Origin: Chloroflexota bacterium
GTDB lineage: Bacteria; Chloroflexota; Dehalococcoidia; UBA2979
Direction of reading: 5' to 3'
DNA length: 16,612 bases
Assembly: GCA_027593235.1 (NCBI GenBank)
Contig: JAQCIU010000052.1
Coordinates: 1-16,612 of the forward strand
The notes under the pieces were generated by a model. The model was not told the origin of the DNA and made no database searches. It saw only the letters and a list, made by a program, of their open reading frames with translations. Position numbers and translations under genes: made by a program. How positions within the stretch are numbered: position 1 is the stretch's first letter; every line of letters starts with the position of its first letter. This document shows positions 1 to 6,249 of the stretch, piece by piece.

Positions 1-1
1 C

Positions 2-43
2 AACGAGTGCATGAACTGCGGCGCCACGAGCGGGTGCAGCTAG
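2..43 (+). CDS. nrdJ: 3' end (partial) of probable class II, B12-dependent ribonucleotide reductase
   Basis: Frame 2 reads NECMNCGATSGCS* (TAG at 41-43), matching the CxxCGxTSGCS C-terminus typical of NrdJ. Only 13 residues are visible. Confidence 0.75.
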   Translation, partial: NECMNCGATSGCS

Positions 44-158
44 GAAGCCGCGCCGTTACTGGGGACTTCGCCCCAACCCGTGATGCGCGGACGCGCTGAT
101 ATCCGATTGTCTGTAATCCAATACGAGGTGTCTGTGCGCACCCAGAAGCAGTTGCCGG

Positions 159-185
159 TTGACGTGCGGCGGCCTGAGGCAGAAG
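159..185 (+). promoter_or_regulatory. Candidate promoter/operator motif (TTGACG...GCCTNAGGC..GAAG), copy 1
   Basis: TTGACGtgcggcGGCCTGAGGCaGAAG resembles the sequence at 1921-1948; it lies 83 nt upstream of the proposed start. No canonical -10 box is visible. Confidence 0.3.
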
Positions 186-241
186 TTCAGCGCCGCCGGG
201 CTAAAGAGATCACGCCGCCCGGGTCGCCGAGGAGGATCACC

Positions 242-1816
242 ATCACGTGGGAACCGGAGTTGGAGGAATTGAGGCGGCGTACCAGCTTCGCCGAGGCGAT
301 GGGCGGGGATCAGCGTGTTGCCGATCAGCACGGCCGAGGAAAGCTGACGGTCCGCGAACGGCTCGACTTGTTGTTCGACCCGGACAGCTTCCACGAGCGC
401 GGCAAGCACGCCGGCACCGGTGCCTACAACGAGGACGGGACTCTGGTCGACTTCTTCCCGGCGGGCTACGTGCTGGGGGTCGGCAAGGTCGATGGGAGGC
501 GCGTCGCGGCGGGCGGCGGGGATTTCACGGCACGTCCGCCGAGCGGCAGCGAAGGCACCCGAATTCACACGGGGCGCCCCGTCTCGAAGGCCGGACACGA
601 TGAGCTCATCGCATTCGAGATGAAGATCCCGCTTGTCCGCCTCATCGACGGCTTCGGAGCCGATATCCGCTCCACCGGGGGAATGGGGCGCACCTATGTC
701 CCTGAACTGGGGGGCTGGCCCCTCGAGGCGGCACTCATGAGCGAGGTGCCCGTCGTTTCGATGGCCCTCGGCGCCGTTGCCGGTCTGCCAGCGGCACAGG
801 TCGCCATCGCTCACTTCGCGATCATGGTGCGCGACGTTTCCCAGATCTTTGCCGCGGGCCCGCCCGTGGTGGAGCGCGGCCTCGGCCAGAAGGTCACGAA
901 GGAAGAGCTCGGCGGCGTGCGCGTTCATGCCTACGAGAGTGGGCTCATCGACAACGTCGCCGAGGATGAGCAAGACGCTTTCCAACAGGTTTGCCGCTTC
1001 CTCTCTTATCTGCCGTCAAACGTCTACCAACTCCCGCCGATCTCAGCTTGCGACGATCCGCCTGACCGACGGGCGGGTGAACTGCTCGACGTCATTCCGC
1101 GAGAGCGCAATCGCCCGCAGAACAGCCGCCGGATGATCGAGCTGATCGTCGACGAGGGCACCTTCTTCGAAATGGGCCGCTACTTCGGCCGCTCGCAGAT
1201 CACGGGGTTCGCGCGGCTGGGGGGACGCCCGGTCGGCATCCTCGCCGGCGACCCCATGCAGTTCGGCGGAGCCACTGATGCGGCCGCGGCACAGAAGCTC
1301 GAAAGCTTCGTGGACCTCTGCGACACGTTCCACCTGCCGATCGTGAATTTCGCGGACAACCCCGGTTTCATGATCGGGCCGCGAGCAGAGGCGTCAGGCA
1401 CGCTCAGGCACGGCGCACGCGCGTTGTGTGCCATCGACGCCTCGACGGTGCCATGGGCCACGGTGATCGTGCGGAAGGCATACGGCGTCGCCGGCGCCGC
1501 GCATCAGCCGTACAGCCGGTTCGCCCTGCGCATCGTGTGGCCGTCGGGAGAATGGGGGTCGATCCCGATCGAAGGCGGCGTGCAGGCCGCCTATCGTCGC
1601 GAGATCGAGAACGCCGCCGATCCAGATGCGCGGCGTGCCGAACTCGAGGCAGAACTCATCGCCATCCGCACGCCGTTTGGCGCCCTCGAGGCATTCAACG
1701 CCGAGGAGATGATCGACCCGCGCGACACCCGTCCACTGCTGTGCGATTGGATTGAGATGGCCTACGACAAGCTCCCAGCCGACGTGGGTCGCAAGACCCG
1801 CCCCATGCGCCCATAG
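242..1816 (+). CDS. Acyl-CoA carboxylase/decarboxylase carboxyltransferase subunit (PccB/12S-like), CT1
   Basis: Motifs MGG..RV..QH.RGKLTVRER, GPPVVE, EELGG, ITGFARLGGRPVG, FVDLCDTFHLP, RKAYG, IDPRDTR. AGGAGG at 230-235 lies 6 nt before an in-frame ATC at 242. The next in-frame ATG is at 299. The ORF-track start at 80 adds a non-homologous extension. Confidence 0.93.
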   Translation: MTWEPELEELRRRTSFAEAMGGDQRVADQHGRGKLTVRERLDLLFDPDSFHERGKHAGTGAYNEDGTLVDFFPAGYVLGVGKVDGRRVAAGGGDFTARPPSGSEGTRIHTGRPVSKAGHDELIAFEMKIPLVRLIDGFGADIRSTGGMGRTYVPELGGWPLEAALMSEVPVVSMALGAVAGLPAAQVAIAHFAIMVRDVSQIFAAGPPVVERGLGQKVTKEELGGVRVHAYESGLIDNVAEDEQDAFQQVCRFLSYLPSNVYQLPPISACDDPPDRRAGELLDVIPRERNRPQNSRRMIELIVDEGTFFEMGRYFGRSQITGFARLGGRPVGILAGDPMQFGGATDAAAAQKLESFVDLCDTFHLPIVNFADNPGFMIGPRAEASGTLRHGARALCAIDASTVPWATVIVRKAYGVAGAAHQPYSRFALRIVWPSGEWGSIPIEGGVQAAYRREIENAADPDARRAELEAELIAIRTPFGALEAFNAEEMIDPRDTRPLLCDWIEMAYDKLPADVGRKTRPMRP

Positions 1817-1920
1817 CGAGCTCCCGCCCCGGGGCATGACGACAGCGGCCACGCCCGTCGATCAGTTCTGTGCACGGCAGCGTGCAGATGGGCCAGTTCG
1901 TTTGTGATTAACGTACGTGC

Positions 1921-1948
1921 TTGACGCTTGCTTCGGCCTCAGGCGAAG
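1921..1948 (+). promoter_or_regulatory. Candidate promoter/operator motif, copy 2
   Basis: TTGACGcttgcttcGGCCTCAGGCGAAG lies 88 nt upstream of the SBP start and resembles 159-185. Confidence 0.3.
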
Positions 1949-2008
1949 AAGCCGTGCACCCCCTGTCATCATGGCAGTCGGTTCGTGCACACGGAGGGAG
2001 ACCGCGAA

Positions 2009-3649
2009 ATGACCGAGAGCAACTACTGGCTTGGATCACGATCGAGGAAGCTGTCGCGCCGCAGCATGCTGAGGGGCGCCGTCATCGGTGGAGCCGGTCT
2101 CGCGGGGGCAGTGCTCGTCGGATGTGGAGATGACGACGAGGCGTCCGGCGGTACCGGCACCGACGCGCCGTCGGAGGCCGTCGCGGCGCGCGGCCCCGTC
2201 GTCACGACCGGCATCTCCTCCAACAACTTCTTCCAACTGGACCCCGTCACCGGCACCGGCGGCGACGAGCACCAGTTCCTCTGGATGGTCTACGACAACC
2301 TCGTCGGTTATGACGAGACCCTGACCCCACAGCTGAGCCGGTCGCTCGCTGAGAGCTGGGAAACCCCAGACGAGTTGACTCTTGTCTTCAAGCTCCGGCC
2401 GAACCTCAAGTTCCATGACGGCTCGGCCGTCACGGCGGACGAAGTCAAGTGGCACATTGAGCGAGCGCGTGACCTCGACATCGCGGTAACCGCGCAAGAC
2501 ATTCAGTTCATCGAGAATGTTGAGACAGTCGACGAGTTGACGTCCCGCTGGACGCTGTCCCAGCCATTTGCACCGCTGATCCGAATCCTCGGCGACCGCG
2601 CGGGCATGCTGGTCTCCCGCAAGCAGGTGGAGGCGACGGACGAGTTCCAGGGGCGCCACCCGACCGGGACCGGTGCGATGAAGTTCGTCGAAGAGATCGA
2701 CGGGGACCGGATCGTCCTGGAGGCCAACAACGAGTACTGGAAACCAAACGCTCCGCGTGTTGACGGCATCGTGATGCGCTTCGGCGTCACGCCCGACCAG
2801 AAGATCAACGGCCTGCTCGCGGGTGACCTCGACATCATCGATGCACCCGATCCGAACCAGCTCGACACGCTGACCGGCGCCGGCCTGGTCGTACAGAACA
2901 TCCCGACGAACGGTTTGACTCGCACCTGGATCAACATGAACAAGGATCCGTGGACGAACGTTCACCTCCGACGGGCGCTCAACTGGGCGGTCGACAAGGA
3001 ACAGCTCAACGACCTCGTATTCAATGGCCTCAATACGCCCGCGCACTTTGGATTCCTTGGCCCCGCCTTGGGCAGCGATCATGATCCGAACTTCGAGGGT
3101 TACCGTTTCGATCCCGAAAAGGTCCGTGCCGAGCTGTCGCTCGCAGGCTTCCCGGATGGCTTCGAGTACGAAGTCAACACCAGCAGCAACCCCCTCTCGA
3201 TCGAGAAGGACGAGCTCATTCAGGCGCAGTACGCGCAGTTCGGCATCGTCCGCAATATCATTCCGAAGCCGAGCCCGGATTTCTACACCGAGTTCTGGGA
3301 CCTCAACGTGGGTTCCCACAGCTCCGGGATGTCCGTCCGCGCGGACGTCTGGCAGCAGATCGCCTACATCGCCAACGCGAATGGATTCTCGAAGAACGTG
3401 CTTCCGGGCCCGGACGACGAGTTCCGCATCCGGATCGATGAGGCTCTCGCCAAGTCCGCCGCTGCCTTCGATCCGGAGGAGCGCAAGGCCGCGCTCGGGG
3501 AACTCAACCGGGCCTACGTGGACGCGGCCTGGGGCGTGGACTACCTCTACAACTCGTACCAGGTGGCCCACAAGCCAGAGATCGATTACGTCGCCCGTGG
3601 TGAGGGTAAGTTCCACTTCGGTCAGGACGACATCGGCTGGAAGGCCTAG
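2009..3649 (+). CDS. ABC transporter substrate-binding protein, family 5 (DppA/OppA-like), Tat-exported lipoprotein
   Basis: GGAGGG SD at 1993-1998 and ATG at 2009. Twin-arginine SRRSML, hydrophobic stretch, lipobox LVG-C. SBP_bac_5 signature LAESWE...FKLRPNLKFHDGS.VTADEV and PTGTGAMKF. Confidence 0.93.
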   Translation: MTESNYWLGSRSRKLSRRSMLRGAVIGGAGLAGAVLVGCGDDDEASGGTGTDAPSEAVAARGPVVTTGISSNNFFQLDPVTGTGGDEHQFLWMVYDNLVGYDETLTPQLSRSLAESWETPDELTLVFKLRPNLKFHDGSAVTADEVKWHIERARDLDIAVTAQDIQFIENVETVDELTSRWTLSQPFAPLIRILGDRAGMLVSRKQVEATDEFQGRHPTGTGAMKFVEEIDGDRIVLEANNEYWKPNAPRVDGIVMRFGVTPDQKINGLLAGDLDIIDAPDPNQLDTLTGAGLVVQNIPTNGLTRTWINMNKDPWTNVHLRRALNWAVDKEQLNDLVFNGLNTPAHFGFLGPALGSDHDPNFEGYRFDPEKVRAELSLAGFPDGFEYEVNTSSNPLSIEKDELIQAQYAQFGIVRNIIPKPSPDFYTEFWDLNVGSHSSGMSVRADVWQQIAYIANANGFSKNVLPGPDDEFRIRIDEALAKSAAAFDPEERKAALGELNRAYVDAAWGVDYLYNSYQVAHKPEIDYVARGEGKFHFGQDDIGWKA

Positions 3650-3654
3650 TCCGG

Positions 3655-3704
3655 GTGTGACGAGGTCCCTCCCATTCACCGCACGTGGGGGGACCTCATC
3701 ACAC
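3655..3704 (+). terminator. Long intergenic stem-loop after the SBP gene (mRNA-stabilising or partial terminator)
   Basis: GTGTGACGAGGTCCCTCCCAT (3655-3675) pairs with GTGGGGGGACCTCATCACAC (3685-3704): about 20 bp with one mismatch and one bulge. There is no U-tract. Confidence 0.7.
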
Positions 3705-3739
3705 ATCCCAACCTCAAGCCGTAGCCAGGGAGCGAACGG

Positions 3740-4684
3740 ATGCACGCGTTTATCATCCGTCGGTTGTTGGCGTCTGTATTTGTGCTGTTCGTCGTCACAC
3801 TCGTCACGTTCGTCTCGATCAACGTCCTCCCCGGTGACATCGCGTCGCGGATCCTCGGCCCCGAGCCGAGCCCGACTCAGGTCGAAGCGTTACGGGAGCG
3901 TCTCCAGTTGGACGAACCGTTGATCGAACGCTATTGGGATTGGATCTCGGGCGCGGTACGAGGCGACTTCGGCACCAGCATCCGAACCCAGCAGCCGGTC
4001 GGTTCGCTGATCCTCGATCGACTCGAGGTCACCGCCGAACTCGGTACGCTGTCGTTATTGCTCGGGGTGCTGATCGCGATCCCAACCGGCGTCATCGCGG
4101 GTTCCCGGCCCGGAACCGTGCTCGACTACGGGCTGACCATGGTGGCTGTCGCCGGCGTTTCGATTCCGAACTTCTGGCTCGCGATCGTGATGATCATCGT
4201 GTTCTCGGTGAACCTCGGCTGGTTCCCCGCGCTCGGCTTCACGCCGATCTCGGATGGCTTGTTCCCGAACCTGAGGTCGTTAACCTTGCCAGCGATCGCC
4301 ATCGGCCTGTCGTCGGCAGGGAGCCTCGCCCGCCAGGTGCGCGGCGCGATGGTCGAGGTCATGCGACAGGACTACGTACGCACCGCCCGGGCCAAGGGCC
4401 TTCAGGAGCGAGTGGTCATCGTGCGCCACGGTCTCCGGAACGCGATGATCCCCGTCGTCACCATCCTCGGCCTGCAAATGACGGTGATCCTGGGTGGCTC
4501 AATCATCATCGAAACAGTGTTCCAACTCCCGGGCGTTGGCAAGCTACTCATCGACTCGATCCTCATCCAAGAAATCGTCGTCGTTCAGGGCGTAACCGTC
4601 TTGCTGGCTGCCGCGATCCTGATGTTGAACCTGCTCGTCGACATCTCCTATGCGTATCTGGATCCACGCATCCGTTATTCCTAG
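3740..4684 (+). CDS. ABC transporter permease, DppB/OppB-like
   Basis: N-terminal IIRRLL...LPGD, GDFGTS, SIPNFWLA, EAA-loop region MVEVMRQDYVRTARAKGL, C-terminal YAYLDPRIRY. GGGAG SD upstream. Confidence 0.95.
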   Translation: MHAFIIRRLLASVFVLFVVTLVTFVSINVLPGDIASRILGPEPSPTQVEALRERLQLDEPLIERYWDWISGAVRGDFGTSIRTQQPVGSLILDRLEVTAELGTLSLLLGVLIAIPTGVIAGSRPGTVLDYGLTMVAVAGVSIPNFWLAIVMIIVFSVNLGWFPALGFTPISDGLFPNLRSLTLPAIAIGLSSAGSLARQVRGAMVEVMRQDYVRTARAKGLQERVVIVRHGLRNAMIPVVTILGLQMTVILGGSIIIETVFQLPGVGKLLIDSILIQEIVVVQGVTVLLAAAILMLNLLVDISYAYLDPRIRYS

Positions 4685-4695
4685 CAGGGGGAACC

Positions 4696-5610
4696 ATGGC
4701 AGAAGAAGGATCCCTCCGCCGCGAGCAGTTGACGAAGCTCCCCTCCTCGTCGGGCGAACGCCGGTTCGCCCGTGAGCGCGACTTTTGGCGGCGATTCCGT
4801 CGCCGGCGCGTCGGGCTAGTGAGCCTGTTTGTCCTGCTCGTCGTGATGATCGCCGCTGTCGTTCCAGGTCCGCTCACGACCCACGACCCGAACGTAGTGG
4901 ACGCGACCGCGCCTCGAAGCGGTCCCACCTGGGATCACTGGCTTGGCACGGACAGCCTGGGCCGTGACACCTATTCGCGGCTCGTCGAGGGCGCGCGCAC
5001 CTCGGTCCTGGTCGGCCTCGGATCGCTCTTGATCGGCGTCGGCGTCGGGCTACCGATCGGCATCCTCGCTGGATGGTGGGGCGGTCGTCGCGACGAGTTC
5101 CTGATGCGACTCATGGACTCGCTCTTCGCGTTTCCCTCGCTGCTCCTTGCCCTCCTGATCATCACCGGCCTCGGCCCCGGTCTTCAGAACGTGACGATCG
5201 CGATCGGCATCCCGTTCATCGCCGTCTTCGCCCGCATCTCCCGCGGCAGCACGCTCTCCGTGAAGGAGCAGGAGTACGTGCTCGCGGCGATCGCGATCGG
5301 TGCTTCGGATCGGCGGATTGCGGCGCGCCACATTCTTCCCAATACGCTCGCGCCGATTATTGTTCAGGCGTCGTTGCTCTTTGGTATCGCGATCATCGTC
5401 GAGGCCGCTCTCAGCTTCCTCGGACTGGGAACACTCCCCCCGGATCCGAGCTGGGGCATCATGCTCTCCTCCGCTCAGCGATTCCTCCGCGACCAGCCGC
5501 TGCTTGCCATCGTTCCCGGCACTGCCATCTCCGTGACGGTGCTCTCCTTCAACCTGATCGGAGACGTGCTGAGAGACCTGCTGGATCCACGTCTCCGCGG
5601 CTCAGACTGA
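4696..5610 (+). CDS. ABC transporter permease, DppC/OppC-like
   Basis: ATG at 4696 follows AGGGGG, 11 nt after the previous stop. Motifs HWLGTDSLGRD, EYVLAAIAIGAS, HILPN, EAALSFLGLG, GDVLRDLLDPR. Confidence 0.95.
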   Translation: MAEEGSLRREQLTKLPSSSGERRFARERDFWRRFRRRRVGLVSLFVLLVVMIAAVVPGPLTTHDPNVVDATAPRSGPTWDHWLGTDSLGRDTYSRLVEGARTSVLVGLGSLLIGVGVGLPIGILAGWWGGRRDEFLMRLMDSLFAFPSLLLALLIITGLGPGLQNVTIAIGIPFIAVFARISRGSTLSVKEQEYVLAAIAIGASDRRIAARHILPNTLAPIIVQASLLFGIAIIVEAALSFLGLGTLPPDPSWGIMLSSAQRFLRDQPLLAIVPGTAISVTVLSFNLIGDVLRDLLDPRLRGSD

Positions 5611-5766
5611 TCAGGGGTCGCGCCCCCAGAGCCACTCGCCAAAAAAATGGCCCAAGCGGATCTTGCTCAGGTCAGTGGACATTCACGCGAGAGAGCGTCC
5701 GTGTGATCCGCGGCACTCGGCTCATGATTCCTGGAACTCACTGGACAGCAGACTGAGGAGACATCG

Positions 5767-5994
5767 ATGACCAATCCGTCAGCAGCGACCGACGTTCGGG
5801 CCGAGTGGCCTGGGCGCGTTGCGGAGATCCATGTAGCGGTTGGCGACGAGGTCACCGCGGGACAAGAACTCATCACGCTCGAGTCGATGAAGATGCTGAC
5901 CCCGCTCTCTGCGCCGCAGGATGGGCGAGTCGCCGAAATCCTCGTCGCTATCGACGACTTCGTCGACGAGGGCGCAGTCGTCGTTCGCCTTTGA
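5767..5994 (+). CDS. Stand-alone biotin carboxyl carrier protein (biotinyl domain)
   Basis: 75 aa with V.VGD.V..GQ.L..LESMKM...AP..G.V..I, including the MKM biotinylation motif. GAGGAG SD at 5755-5760. Confidence 0.92.
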   Translation: MTNPSAATDVRAEWPGRVAEIHVAVGDEVTAGQELITLESMKMLTPLSAPQDGRVAEILVAIDDFVDEGAVVVRL

Positions 5995-6144
5995 CTGACC
6001 ATCGCTCGGTGCGCTGATCGAGGCGAGCATCTTCAGCGATTCGAGCGTGAACAGCTCCTGCTCCGCCTGCACGCTGTCACCGACGGCCACACGGACCTCG
6101 GCCACACGACCGGGCCACTCCGCGGTTACGTGCGCCCCTGTCAT
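5995..6144 (-). pseudogene. Truncated paralogue of the biotin carrier gene (inverted, convergent)
   Basis: MTGAHVTAEWPGRVAEVRVAVGDSVQAEQELFTLESLKMLASISAPSDG is 32/45 identical to the + strand BCCP by manual count. Homology stops at the stop codon of the + copy, so about 22 C-terminal residues are missing, and MKM is LKM. Confidence 0.8.
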
Positions 6145-6249
6145 GCCTCTCGGCGACCGCGAGGATTTCCCGGTCGAGCGACCTTGCGACCTGGTAGAAC
6201 CAACGGCGCGGCGCGATCAGCGGCGCTCGGCTCGGTCCTGTCTTCGACG

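Noticed and set aside
80-241. 54-aa N-terminal extension of CT1 in the ORF track
   Set aside because: It has no counterpart in CT2 and no clear SD, whereas a strong SD lies at 230-235.
2036-3745. 569-aa antisense ORF, and similar ones at 56-985, 9741-10688, 10418-11518 and 13046-14137
   Set aside because: These are shadow ORFs expected opposite real genes in high-GC DNA, with no recognisable motifs.
3934-4695. N-terminal half of the 558-aa ORF, suggesting a fusion to the DppC-like permease
   Set aside because: It is an Arg-rich off-frame overlap of the DppB-like gene; the real start is at 4696.
5791-6132. BCCP pair as a recent inverted duplication, invertible segment or long hairpin
   Set aside because: Synonymous sites are largely diverged, so DNA complementarity is patchy, and no recombinase is nearby.
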